Shown here: positions 47,259 through 57,044 of the stretch, piece by piece | Layout: every line of letters begins with the position of its first letter | How positions within the stretch are numbered: the first letter of the stretch is position 1 | Position numbers and translations under genes: made by a program | NCBI GenBank assembly: GCA_031416075.1 | Contig: JANOSY010000020.1 | Location: 1-63,412 of the forward strand | Length of the DNA: 63,412 bases | Direction: 5' to 3' | From: Candidatus Tenderia sp. | GTDB lineage: Bacteria; Pseudomonadota; Gammaproteobacteria; Tenderiales; Tenderiaceae | The notes under the pieces: generated by a model | Told to the model about the DNA's origin: nothing | The model's input: the letters and a program-made list of their open reading frames with translations, nothing else | The model's database searches: none

Positions 47259-47594
47259 CTATTTATCCTTTTTCTGTAGTGTCTGAAGATAGGTGTCGAG
47301 CCGGTCAAGGCGCTGTTCCCATGAGAGGCGATACTCCTCCAGCCACTCCGAGGCCTCTTTCAGCGGGGTGGGGGTGATGTGACAGGGGCGCAGCTGTGCC
47401 TGGCTGCTGCGTTCAATCAGCCCGGCGCGTTCAAGTACCTTGATGTGTTTGGAGATGGCGGGGAGTGACATGGCAAAGGGTTCCGCCAGTGCCGTGACCG
47501 AGGCCTCACCCGCCATCAGTCGGGCGAGAATGGCCCGGCGAGTCGGGTCAGCCAGGGCTGAAAAGGTAGTGCTAAGGGTGTCGGCTGACTGCAT
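47259..47594 (-). CDS. ArsR/SmtB-family transcriptional regulator
   Basis: FSALADPTRRAILARL..SLPAISKHIKVLERAGL; typical ArsR-SRPBCC operon. Confidence 0.93.
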   Translation of the reverse strand: MQSADTLSTTFSALADPTRRAILARLMAGEASVTALAEPFAMSLPAISKHIKVLERAGLIERSSQAQLRPCHITPTPLKEASEWLEEYRLSWEQRLDRLDTYLQTLQKKDK

Positions 47595-47687
47595 TGCAAA
47601 CCATCTAGTTAATTAACCAGATGGTTTTGTACGCCGGAGAGGAGGTTGCCGTCAACCCCTTTTTACGGGGGTGACGATGGACAGGGG

Positions 47688-48860
47688 TCAGTCGGCTAGT
47701 TTGTAGTTGGCACTACTGCTGGTATTTTGGGCAGGGGCCGGTTTTTCATCATCGCCCGCCAAACTCAAACCACCGGAACCGGCGGAGGTCGATTTGCCGG
47801 CCTTCTCTTCAAGGTTGATGCGTAACCGCAGGTTGTTGGGGGAGTCAGCATTACGTAACGCCTCCTCCAGGGTGACACGCCCATCTTTATATAGGTAGTA
47901 GAGTGCGGCGTCGAACGTCCGCATGCCGATGTTTTCAGATTTTGACATGACCTCTTTGATGGAGGTGATTTCGCCCTTCAGGATCAGGTCGGCCACCAGC
48001 GGCGTACCCAGCAGTACTTCGATGGCGGCGGCCCGCTTGCCGTCGACGGTGGGGACCAGGCGCTGGGAGACAAAGCCGCGCAGATTCAGCGACAGATCGA
48101 GCATCAGCTGTTTGTGGCGCTCCTCCGGGAAGAAGTTGATGATGCGGTCGAGCGCCTGGTTGGCGTTGTTGGCGTGCAGGGTGGAGATGGCCAGATGGCC
48201 GGTCTCGGCAAAGGCCATGGCATGTTCCATGGTTTCGCGGTCACGAATCTCGCCGATCAGGATCACATCGGGGGCCTGACGCAGGGTGTTTTTCAACGCA
48301 TCCTCCCAGTTCAGCGTATCAACACCGACTTCACGTTGGTTGACGATCGATTTTTTGTGTTTGTGGACAAACTCAATGGGATCTTCAATAGTAATGATGT
48401 GGCCAGCGCTGTTGGTATTGCGATAGTCGATCAGCGCCGCCAGGGAGGTCGATTTGCCTGAGCCGGTGCCGCCCACAAATAGTACCAGGCCACGTTTTTG
48501 CATTACCAGCTTGGTGAGTATCTCCGGCAGGCCGAGGCTCTGCCAGTCGGGGATGTCGACTTTTATGGCGCGGATGACCATGCTGACCTGGTTGCGCTGT
48601 TTGAAGATGTTGACACGGAAACGTCCTATGCCCGGTTCGGAGATCGCCATGTTGCATTCGGGGCGGTCCTTGAAATCTTTCTGCTGGTCATCATCCATGA
48701 TCAGGTTGGCAATCTCCTGTACCCGGCCCGCCGGTAGGGGCGTGGCCTCTAATGCCGTTAACTGTCCTTGTATTTTGGCGCTGGCGGGCGCGCCAGTGGT
48801 GAGGTAGAGGTCAGAAGCATCTTTCATGACCATGATTTTTAAATAGTCTTTGAGTTCCAT
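47688..48860 (-). CDS. pilU: PilT/PilU-family type IV pilus retraction ATPase
   Basis: GGTGSGKST, TIEDPIEF, LRQAPDVILIGEIRD, TLHANNANQALDRIINFFP. Confidence 0.88.
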   Translation of the reverse strand: MELKDYLKIMVMKDASDLYLTTGAPASAKIQGQLTALEATPLPAGRVQEIANLIMDDDQQKDFKDRPECNMAISEPGIGRFRVNIFKQRNQVSMVIRAIKVDIPDWQSLGLPEILTKLVMQKRGLVLFVGGTGSGKSTSLAALIDYRNTNSAGHIITIEDPIEFVHKHKKSIVNQREVGVDTLNWEDALKNTLRQAPDVILIGEIRDRETMEHAMAFAETGHLAISTLHANNANQALDRIINFFPEERHKQLMLDLSLNLRGFVSQRLVPTVDGKRAAAIEVLLGTPLVADLILKGEITSIKEVMSKSENIGMRTFDAALYYLYKDGRVTLEEALRNADSPNNLRLRINLEEKAGKSTSAGSGGLSLAGDDEKPAPAQNTSSSANYKLAD

Positions 48861-48975
48861 GCTCGGTATGGGCCTGTATTGGTGAGTTTGATGTCTGTTC
48901 CCAAATATCGGCGAGCTTAGGGTCAACTTGAGAGGTGGTATGATTTTAAAAAACCCCATACGAGGCGTGATGTAA

Positions 48976-51897
48976 ATGGTGAACAATCAAGATGGAGCGG
49001 TTGCGATGCTCTCTGCCGCCGTGCTGGAGCCGCTGCCAGGGCCGTTGCGTGTTGCCGTTCAGGCGCAGTGGCATGACTTTCTGATGGCAACAGGGGAGCA
49101 GACACTGGCAGGGGGTGATGAGTCGTTGCTGGCGGCATTGGCGCGGGTCTGGGGCAGCAGTGATTTTGTTGCTAGAACCTGTTTGCGCCATCCGGCGCTG
49201 CTGCTGGAGCTGGTCCAGAGCGGTGATTTGCAGGGCAGTTATGCCCCGGGGCAGCACCGCGAAGCGTTGGCGGCGGCGCTGGTGGGGGTGAGTAATGATC
49301 AGACCCTGGGGGTGGTGTTACGTCGTTACCGTCGTCGCGAGATGGTGCGCATCGCCTGGCGGGACATTGCCGGCTGGGCACCGCTGGCGGAGAATCTGCG
49401 GGATCTGTCGGCACTGGCCAGCGCCTCGGTGGATCTGGCGTTGGCGCAGATCCACACCTGGTTGGCACAGGAACTGGGGGTTCCGTATGGCGAGCAGAGT
49501 GGTGAGCCGCAGTCGCTGGTGGTGTTAGGCATGGGCAAACTGGGGGCGGACGAGCTGAACTTCTCTTCCGATATCGATCTGATCTTTGCCTATGCGGAAG
49601 AGGGGCAGACCTCCGGTGGGCGTCAGCCCATGAGCAATAGCGAGTACTTCCTGCGTCTTGGCCGACGGTTGATCAATGTGATCAACCAGCCTACCGCCGA
49701 AGGGTTTGTCTTTCGTGTGGATATGCGGCTGCGCCCCTTTGGTGATGCCGGGCCGCTGGCGATCAGTTTCGACAGTATGGAGAACTACTATCAGTCCCAT
49801 GGCCGTGAGTGGGAGCGCTACGCCATGATCAAGGCGGGGGTGGTGGCGGGTGATGTAGAGACGGGGGCCGAGCTGCTGCAACGGCTGCGCCCGTTTATCT
49901 ACCGGCGTTACCTGGATTACGGTGTGTTTGAGTCGCTGCGTGAGATGAAGGCGATGATCAGCCGTGAAGTGCAGCGCACGGGTATGAAGGGGAACGTTAA
50001 GCTGGGGCCGGGGGGTATCCGCGAGGTGGAGTTTATCGGCCAGACTTACCAGCTGATCCACGGTGGCCGTAACCCCCGTCTCCAGATTCGCCCGATTCAG
50101 CAGGTGCTGGAGGTGATCGCTGATGAGCAGTATCTGCCAGGATACGTTGTGGCGGCGTTACAGTCGGCCTACATCTTTCTGCGGAATACTGAAAACCGCA
50201 TACAGTCGATTGCCGATCAGCAGACCCATGCCCTGCCGAGCAGTGAGATTGACCGCCAGCGGTTGGTATTGGCCATGGGCTATCAGCACTGGGATGATTT
50301 TGAGCGCGACCTGCAGCGGCATATGAGTCTGGTGCATAGCCATTTTGAACAGGTGTTCACTGCACCACAGCGCGACCAGGCGGCAGAACAAGGCTCGGTA
50401 TTTGATGCCGTCTGGAGTGCGGCAGCGGATGATGAGGCGGCGCTGATGAGCCTGACAGAGCAGGGGTATACCGATCCTCAGGAGGTGTTGCGGTTGCTGG
50501 AACGGTTGCGCGAAGGGTCGGCCTACCGAAGTATGTCGGCGCGTGGTAAAGAGCGGATGGACCGGTTGATGCCACTGCTGCTGGGAGCGGTGGTGGCGAC
50601 GGAGCAGCCGACGGTGGCACTGGCGCGGTTGATCACCCTGATTGAGGCGATTGTGCGTCGTACCGCTTACCTGGCACTGCTGGTGGAAAACCCGATGGCG
50701 CTCTCGCAGCTGGTGCGACTCTGTGCCGCCAGCCCCTGGATTGCGGCACAACTGGCGCGCCATCCACTGCTGCTTGATGAGCTGCTTGACCCACGGACCC
50801 TCTATGCCCCCCCCATTCGTGCCGATCTGGAGGCAGAACTCCAGCAGATGCTTGACCATGTCGGCGATGACCATGAGCAGCAGATGGAGCTGTTGCGGCG
50901 TTTTAAACTGACCAATGTCCTGCGTGTTGCCGCCTCCGATGTGATGGGTATCTACCCATTGATGGTGATTTCTGACCACCTGACCGAAATAGCGGAGGTG
51001 GTGGTGAATGCCGTCGTGCGACTCGCGTATGACCATCAGGTGGTCAAGTATGGTCCGCCACACTGTGTGGTGGAGGGGTGTGGTTATGAACCCGGTTTTA
51101 TTGTGATTGCCTATGGCAAGCTGGGGGGTATTGAGCTGGGCTACGGATCAGACCTCGATCTGGTCTTTATCCACGGAAGCCGGGGTGAACAGCAGGAGAC
51201 CATCAGCGAGTCAGCCGTCGATAACAGTGTCTTTTTTGCCCGACTTGGTCAGCGCATCATCCATATCATGACCGCCCGTACCCCCTCCGGCATCCTCTAT
51301 GAGACGGACGCCCGGCTACGCCCCAGTGGTGAGTCGGGCATGTTGGTGAGCAGCATTGATGCCTTTATTGAGTATCAGCGTGCCAGCGCCTGGACCTGGG
51401 AGCACCAAGCCCTGGTGCGGGCGCGGGTGGTGGCCGGCGATGATGGGTTGGCGCAACAGTTTGCCGCTGTGCGTAGCGAAGTCCTGGGGCGTAACCGTGA
51501 GGCTAGCCAGCTACAGCGTGAGGTGCGTGAGATGAGGGAAAAGATGCGCGGCGCGCTGGCCAAGGGCAAACCCGGCCAGTTTGACCTGAAACAGGATACC
51601 GGAGGGATTGCTGACATTGAGTTTATCGCCCAATACGGCGTACTGCGTTGGGCACATGCACACCCTGCCCTCTTGTGTTGGAGTGATACGGTTCGCCTGT
51701 TGGCAAGTCTGGCGGATGCGGGGGTGCTAGTCGGGGATGATGCCACGCTGCTGGCCGACGCTTACCGGGTCTATCGTGCAGAGGGCCATCGCCGCGCCCT
51801 GCAGGAGCAAAACGTCGTGGTGGATGAGTCGCCGTACAGCAAATGGCGTCAGGGTGTCACGCGAATCTGGCGCGAATTGCTGGAAGCGGTAGAATAG
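48976..51897 (+). CDS. glnE: Glutamine synthetase adenylyltransferase/deadenylyltransferase
   Basis: Two NT domains: MGKLGADELNFSSDIDL and YGKLGGIELGYGSDLDL. Confidence 0.97.
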   Translation: MVNNQDGAVAMLSAAVLEPLPGPLRVAVQAQWHDFLMATGEQTLAGGDESLLAALARVWGSSDFVARTCLRHPALLLELVQSGDLQGSYAPGQHREALAAALVGVSNDQTLGVVLRRYRRREMVRIAWRDIAGWAPLAENLRDLSALASASVDLALAQIHTWLAQELGVPYGEQSGEPQSLVVLGMGKLGADELNFSSDIDLIFAYAEEGQTSGGRQPMSNSEYFLRLGRRLINVINQPTAEGFVFRVDMRLRPFGDAGPLAISFDSMENYYQSHGREWERYAMIKAGVVAGDVETGAELLQRLRPFIYRRYLDYGVFESLREMKAMISREVQRTGMKGNVKLGPGGIREVEFIGQTYQLIHGGRNPRLQIRPIQQVLEVIADEQYLPGYVVAALQSAYIFLRNTENRIQSIADQQTHALPSSEIDRQRLVLAMGYQHWDDFERDLQRHMSLVHSHFEQVFTAPQRDQAAEQGSVFDAVWSAAADDEAALMSLTEQGYTDPQEVLRLLERLREGSAYRSMSARGKERMDRLMPLLLGAVVATEQPTVALARLITLIEAIVRRTAYLALLVENPMALSQLVRLCAASPWIAAQLARHPLLLDELLDPRTLYAPPIRADLEAELQQMLDHVGDDHEQQMELLRRFKLTNVLRVAASDVMGIYPLMVISDHLTEIAEVVVNAVVRLAYDHQVVKYGPPHCVVEGCGYEPGFIVIAYGKLGGIELGYGSDLDLVFIHGSRGEQQETISESAVDNSVFFARLGQRIIHIMTARTPSGILYETDARLRPSGESGMLVSSIDAFIEYQRASAWTWEHQALVRARVVAGDDGLAQQFAAVRSEVLGRNREASQLQREVREMREKMRGALAKGKPGQFDLKQDTGGIADIEFIAQYGVLRWAHAHPALLCWSDTVRLLASLADAGVLVGDDATLLADAYRVYRAEGHRRALQEQNVVVDESPYSKWRQGVTRIWRELLEAVE

Positions 51898-52040
51898 GGT
51901 TCTTTTGCCACAGGGGGCGTTGAACAGATGGCCCCTGAAACAGCCTCGGGTCGCCCATCGCCGTTGATGGCACAAGCGTGAGTTCGATGATGACAGGCAC
52001 AGATTTACAGACGGTTTTAGAAAATTTAGGAGAGTAGACA

Positions 52041-52961
52041 ATGAGTATGGCGGATCGGGACGGCTTCATCTGGTTGGACGGTGAGATGGTCCCATGGCGC
52101 GAGGCCAAGGTACACGTATTGACCCACACCCTGCACTACGGCATGGGGGTGTTTGAAGGGGTGCGTGCCTACAAGACCGACGAGGGTGCCGCCATCTTCC
52201 GTATGGAAGAGCACACCAACCGGCTGTTCCACTCTGCCCACATCATGGGCATGAAGATGGAGTTTGATAAAGAGACCATCAACGCAGCGACCCGCGCCGC
52301 CGTGCGTGAAAACAAGCTTGAGTCCGGTTACATCCGGCCGATGGTCTTTTTCGGCTCCGAAGGGATGGGGCTACGTGCCGACAACCTCAAGGCCCATGTC
52401 ATGGTTGCCGCCTGGTCCTGGGGTTCTTACATGGGTGCCGAGGCGATGGAGAAGGGGATCAAGGTGCGCACCTCCTCCTTCACACGTCATCACGTCAACG
52501 CCAACATGTGTAAATCCAAGACCAACGGCTCCTACGTCAACTCCATGCTGGCGCTGCAAGAGGCGTTGAACTCTGGTTGTGAAGAGGCGCTACTGCTCGA
52601 TACTGAAGGGTATGTGGCGGAAGGGAGTGGCGAGAACTTCTTCCTGGTGCGTGATGGTGTCATCTACACACCGGAGCTGACCTCAGCACTGGACGGCATC
52701 ACCCGCAACAGCGTCATCATCCTGGCCCAGGAGCTGGGTTATACCGTCAAAGAGAAACGGATCACCCGCGATGAGGTGTACGTGGCGGATGAGGCCTTCT
52801 TCACTGGCACTGCCGCCGAAGTGACACCGATCCGTATGCTCGACAACCGCGCCATCGGCGGTGGTAGCCGTGGTCCGATCACTGAGCGGTTGCAGGCACA
52901 CTATTTTGATGTGGTGCACGGACGTAGCGCTGCCCATAAAAAATGGCTGACACTGGTTTGA
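52041..52961 (+). CDS. ilvE: Branched-chain amino acid aminotransferase
   Basis: AGGAG RBS; THTLHYGMGVFEGVRAY; EGSGEN; LDGITR; TGTAAEVTPI. Confidence 0.97.
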   Translation: MSMADRDGFIWLDGEMVPWREAKVHVLTHTLHYGMGVFEGVRAYKTDEGAAIFRMEEHTNRLFHSAHIMGMKMEFDKETINAATRAAVRENKLESGYIRPMVFFGSEGMGLRADNLKAHVMVAAWSWGSYMGAEAMEKGIKVRTSSFTRHHVNANMCKSKTNGSYVNSMLALQEALNSGCEEALLLDTEGYVAEGSGENFFLVRDGVIYTPELTSALDGITRNSVIILAQELGYTVKEKRITRDEVYVADEAFFTGTAAEVTPIRMLDNRAIGGGSRGPITERLQAHYFDVVHGRSAAHKKWLTLV

Positions 52962-52992
52962 TTATCCTGTCCCAAATACGGAGAGTATCTTA

Positions 52993-53196
52993 ATGGCAAG
53001 CCCCGCTTCAGTTAATACCATACCTGCTAACACCCAAAACCAGTATGAGGTGACAGCGGCGGATTTACCGCTGCACTGCCCAATGCCAGGCATGACGTTG
53101 TGGAACTCCCACCCACGTGTCTATCTGGCAATTAAAGATAGTGGTGGCAAAGCCAAATGTCCGTATTGCGGCGCTGATTACACGTTGAAGGTGTAG
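52993..53196 (+). CDS. zf-CHCC zinc-finger protein
   Basis: LPLHCP..WNSHPRVYL..CPYCG; usual neighbour of ilvE. Confidence 0.9.
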   Translation: MASPASVNTIPANTQNQYEVTAADLPLHCPMPGMTLWNSHPRVYLAIKDSGGKAKCPYCGADYTLKV

Positions 53197-53218
53197 CGTC
53201 ACCCAGTGTTGGTGACAT

Positions 53219-53249
53219 AAAAAACGCCCGGCTGGTCCGGGCGTTTTTT
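53219..53249. terminator. Intrinsic terminator (bidirectional form)
   Basis: AAAAAACGCCCGG-CTGGT-CCGGGCGTTTTT. Confidence 0.9.
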
Positions 53250-53319
53250 ATGGTTTTATTAGGCGTAATTATGAGGTAGCCTGAGAAGAAAAATCATTAA
53301 GGGATAGAGGGAGGGGCAA

Positions 53320-53829
53320 ATGCCAACGAGGCGTGTAATTTTAGGCGTGCATAGCAATTTGGATGGTACGGCATCATCACCAAGCTACCGTGATTTTAAT
53401 GATGTGGCAGCTCAATTTACTGCGGGACATACTTGGATATCAGTCGCTGAATCTGGAGTTGTAACCCGGTATGGGGTGTGGCCTGATAATCACCCCAATG
53501 TGAAGGATAATGGTTCTGCATCGGATATAAGAAAAAATATGGAACCTATATCTGGCAAGGCCAATAGATATTATAAGTTGTCTCCCTGGCAAACACAGAA
53601 GCTTCTTAATTTGTTGGCGAAAAATACAACATGGGCGGAAACTAATAACTGTTCATCCTGGGCGGCCAAAGTTATTCATGAGGTAACCGGTCAAGATATT
53701 GATGCAGATGATTGGCTGGGTTTTGAAACACCAAGAGAGATTGGAAGATCTATCAATATACTGGAGAAAAAATCACCAACTTCTCGTGCCAAACCAAAAG
53801 AACTTAAAGGGTCGGTGTCGTGGTTTTAA
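53320..53829 (+). CDS. Hypothetical protein, probable permuted papain-like (His before Cys) fold
   Basis: GGAGG RBS; GHTWIS..YGVWPD and NNCSSWA motifs. Confidence 0.7.
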   Translation: MPTRRVILGVHSNLDGTASSPSYRDFNDVAAQFTAGHTWISVAESGVVTRYGVWPDNHPNVKDNGSASDIRKNMEPISGKANRYYKLSPWQTQKLLNLLAKNTTWAETNNCSSWAAKVIHEVTGQDIDADDWLGFETPREIGRSINILEKKSPTSRAKPKELKGSVSWF

Positions 53830-53831
53830 GA

Positions 53832-54161
53832 ATGAGCAGGAATGTGGTTTTATCGTTCATTATAATGATGAGTCTTTACAGTTGTGGGGGCAATATGATT
53901 AAAACGATTGATGCGGGTGATTTGGCCGCTGAGTGGGGTGATGCCATCAATAACTCATCTGAGTCTTGGTGGTATGCAGGTTCTGATGATTTTTCGAATT
54001 TTATTGCCATAAAAAGACCATACTCTTCGGTTGTTTATAAGGTGGATAAAACAGCGGTTCAGATAGAGGGGATAATATTGTTTGAGTTTTCTGAAAACCA
54101 AGCTGACTGGATTAACATAAAATCAAACAACATAAAGTTTGACGTTGGTGGCAATCCATAA
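53832..54161 (+). CDS. Putative lipoprotein (candidate immunity protein)
   Basis: MSRNVVLSFIIMMSLYSC lipobox-like signal; starts 2 bp after the upstream stop. Confidence 0.7.
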   Translation: MSRNVVLSFIIMMSLYSCGGNMIKTIDAGDLAAEWGDAINNSSESWWYAGSDDFSNFIAIKRPYSSVVYKVDKTAVQIEGIILFEFSENQADWINIKSNNIKFDVGGNP

Positions 54162-54226
54162 GGGCTGTTTGTACTCCGCTGTATGGTGCCTTTGTTCAGG
54201 GAGTACAATTGCCAGCAAGAGATTTG

Positions 54227-54370
54227 AGAGCCTCTGAGTAAGTTCTCCGTACCCAAAACATTTCGTGGTGAGACTGTCGAACCATGGACGGGGGATATGT
54301 CTAGCTATCAATGCGTTGCGTCACCAGCCCTTCGGTAGGCTCAGGGCGACCGGATCTGTTCAGAGGTTCT
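54227..54370. mobile_element. Degenerate third copy of the MITE
   Basis: AGAGCCTCTGAGTAA ... TTCGTGGTGAGACTGTCGAACCATG ... CCAGCCCTTCGGTAGGCTCAGGGCGACCGG ... TTCAGAGGTTCT. Confidence 0.75.
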
Positions 54371-54589
54371 TTGGTGCTGAGGCTTTCCATAACGAGCGGT
54401 GAAAAACCATTGCTGATGGTAATGTTGTGAATGGCTAAATTGACAGGAATTTTTTGCCGCCTCTTCGTCTTGAGTGTTGATGTTGCCCCGTTGCGCGTTT
54501 ATCTTTGAGCTGTAGTGACAGATCGTCAGTGGTGCTTGCTGACTACCATTGGCCTATGTTGTAGTGGGGCGGGTCAACGGTGGGATAGC

Positions 54590-55759
54590 ATGGGCAATAG
54601 TTCTATCATCTTTTATATCTTCATTATATTTACCGGCGCGGCGGTGTTGGCGACGTTGGCGCTCTATGCGCGGCAGTCGCTGCTAGTGGTCTACATTTTG
54701 TTGGGGGTGTTGGCTGGGCCGTCGGTGCTGGGGCTGGTGAATGATGATGTGGTGATTAAGCAGATTGCCCATATTGGGGTGATTTTTCTGCTCTTTTTGA
54801 TCGGCATTCATCTGCCGCCACAAAAGTTGCTGTTGATGCTGCGTAAGACCAGTGTGATTGCTGGGGTGAGTTCTCTGCTGTTTCTGTTGATGGGGGCTGG
54901 GTGTGGTCTGCTGTTTGGTTTTACCCTGATTGAGTCGCTGATTATAGGGGTGGCGATGATGTTCTCCAGCACTATTATCGGGCTTAAACTATTGCCAACA
55001 ACGGTGCTGCACCATCAGCACACGGGCGAGATTATTATTAGTATTTTGCTGCTGCAGGATATTATTGCCATTGTTATTTTGATGTTAATGCCGGCGCAGT
55101 GGCAGGCGCAGCTGCCGTGGCTGGAGGTGATGCATCTGGCGTTGTCGCTGCTGGGGTTGATTACGTTTGCCTGGCTCTTTGAACGTTTTGTGTTGATTAA
55201 GTTGATTCGCCGTTTTAACCGTATTCATGAATATATATTTCTGGTGGCGATTGGCTGGTGCCTGGGCATGGCGGAGCTGGCGGTGGCACTGGGTCTGTCG
55301 GCGGAGGTGGGGGCGTTTATTGCCGGCGTGGCGCTGGCCACCAGTCCGATTGCACTGTTTATTGGTGATAATCTGCGGCCATTGCGGGACTTCTTCCTGG
55401 TGATCTTCTTTTTTGCTTTGGGGGCTGGGTTTAATATTGCCATGCTCGGTGATGTGCTGTTGCCGAGTCTGGTGGTGGCGGGGTTGGCACTGCTGTTTAA
55501 GCCGTTGGTATTTAAGTGGCTGCTGGTGCGTTATCAGGAGAAGGGTGATGTGGCGATGGAGGTGGGGGTGCGGTTGGGTCAGATCTCTGAGTTTTCACTT
55601 TTTATTGCGGTGATGGCACAGACACAGGGGCTGATCGGGGCGCAGGCGTCGTATGTGATCCAGCTGGGCACGATGCTGACGTTTATCTTCTCCTCTTATT
55701 ATATTGTGATGAACTACCCCTCGCCGATCGCTGTGTCCGATGAGTTGCGGCGTGATTAA
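54590..55759 (+). CDS. CPA2 (Kef-type) cation:proton antiporter membrane protein
   Basis: Polytopic membrane protein; IGVIFLLFLIG, FSSTII, LLLQD, LRDFFL, LGQISEFS. Confidence 0.9.
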   Translation: MGNSSIIFYIFIIFTGAAVLATLALYARQSLLVVYILLGVLAGPSVLGLVNDDVVIKQIAHIGVIFLLFLIGIHLPPQKLLLMLRKTSVIAGVSSLLFLLMGAGCGLLFGFTLIESLIIGVAMMFSSTIIGLKLLPTTVLHHQHTGEIIISILLLQDIIAIVILMLMPAQWQAQLPWLEVMHLALSLLGLITFAWLFERFVLIKLIRRFNRIHEYIFLVAIGWCLGMAELAVALGLSAEVGAFIAGVALATSPIALFIGDNLRPLRDFFLVIFFFALGAGFNIAMLGDVLLPSLVVAGLALLFKPLVFKWLLVRYQEKGDVAMEVGVRLGQISEFSLFIAVMAQTQGLIGAQASYVIQLGTMLTFIFSSYYIVMNYPSPIAVSDELRRD

Positions 55760-55856
55760 CCCTCTTTGGGGTGTGGCTAAGGTTGTGTTTTTTGTCTTAC
55801 CCTATAGAATCTAGCGCCTGTACCCGTCCATCCGTCGATTATCTAAGGAGTTGCCC

Positions 55857-57014
55857 GTGTTGAACACACTGTTAAAACCGGTTCTTTTACTGTCAGTGGT
55901 TGTATTGGCCTTGAGTGCCTGTGGCAAGAAGGAGGAGGCACCGGCGGGTGCGGCGGTTGAGCAGGCGGTGGTGGTGAAGATTGGTGCCGTGTCGCCGTTG
56001 ACGGGGGCGCAGTCTCATCTTGGCAAGGATATCGAGAGTGGTATTCGTATGGCGATTGATGAGGCCAATGCTGGTGGTGTAACGCTGGGCGGCAAGCAGG
56101 TGACGTTTGAACTGGCCAGTGAGGATGATATGGCGGATCCACGTACTGCGACGATTGTGGCGCAGAAGCTGGTGGATGAGCAGATTAAAGGGGTGATTGG
56201 CCATCTGAACTCGGGGGCTTCTATCCCTGCTTCCCGTATTTACTCTGATGCGGGGATCCCGCAGATCTCCCCTGCCTCAACGGCGGTGGCGTATACCGCG
56301 CAGGGGTATAAGACTACTTTTCGTGTGATGACCAATGATGCTCAGCAGGGCAAGGTGCTGGGTGAGTTTGCTGTTAAGACCCTGGGTGGCAAGAGTGTAG
56401 CCATTATTGACGACCGTACTGCCTATGGCCAGGGGTTGGCTGATGAGGTGGCGGCGGCAGTGAAGGCGGCGGGCGGCAGTGTGGTGGCGCGTGAATTCAC
56501 TACTGATAAATCGACAGACTTTACGGCGATACTGACGGCTATTAAGGGTAAAAAGCCTGATGTGATCTTTTTTGGCGGTATGGATCCTCAAGGTGCGCTG
56601 CTGGTCAGGCAGATGAAGTCGCTGGGGTTGAGTGCCAAGCTGTTGGGGGGGGATGGTCTGCAGTCGTCTAACTTTTTGACACTGGCCGGGGCCGATGCTG
56701 AGGGGACCTACGCCTCTTCACCGGGTCAGCCGCTGGCCCTGATGCCGGGGGGCAGTGAGTTTAGTGAGAAATTCAATGCCAAATATGGTGTGATCCAGAT
56801 CTACTCCCCCTACGCCTATGACGCAACACGGGCCATGATCGACGCCATGAAACGGGCCGACTCCGCTACCCCGGCCAACTATCTGCCTGAACTGGTGAAG
56901 ACTAACTTTACCGGTGTTACTGGCCCCATCGCCTTTGATGAGAAGGGCGATATCCTCGGTGGTGCGGTGACGGTCTACCAGGCTCAAGGCGGTGAGTGGG
57001 TGGTTGCCAAGTAA
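55857..57014 (+). CDS. livK: Branched-chain amino acid ABC transporter substrate-binding lipoprotein
   Basis: LSAC lipobox; GHLNSGASIPAS; DDRTAYGQGLA; YAYDA. Confidence 0.92.
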   Translation: MLNTLLKPVLLLSVVVLALSACGKKEEAPAGAAVEQAVVVKIGAVSPLTGAQSHLGKDIESGIRMAIDEANAGGVTLGGKQVTFELASEDDMADPRTATIVAQKLVDEQIKGVIGHLNSGASIPASRIYSDAGIPQISPASTAVAYTAQGYKTTFRVMTNDAQQGKVLGEFAVKTLGGKSVAIIDDRTAYGQGLADEVAAAVKAAGGSVVAREFTTDKSTDFTAILTAIKGKKPDVIFFGGMDPQGALLVRQMKSLGLSAKLLGGDGLQSSNFLTLAGADAEGTYASSPGQPLALMPGGSEFSEKFNAKYGVIQIYSPYAYDATRAMIDAMKRADSATPANYLPELVKTNFTGVTGPIAFDEKGDILGGAVTVYQAQGGEWVVAK

Positions 57015-57044
57015 GCGGTTGTGGTGCGGTACGGGTATAGATAA

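Noticed and set aside
22175-54370. Recurring palindromic repeats as a CRISPR array
   Set aside because: Copies are dispersed, not regularly spaced, have TIR/TSD structure, and no cas genes are present
25597-54590. Extended N-termini given by the ORF track for tsaC, aroQ, phnB-like, pilU and the antiporter
   Set aside because: The extensions overlap neighbouring genes or lack RBS and homology; downstream starts were used
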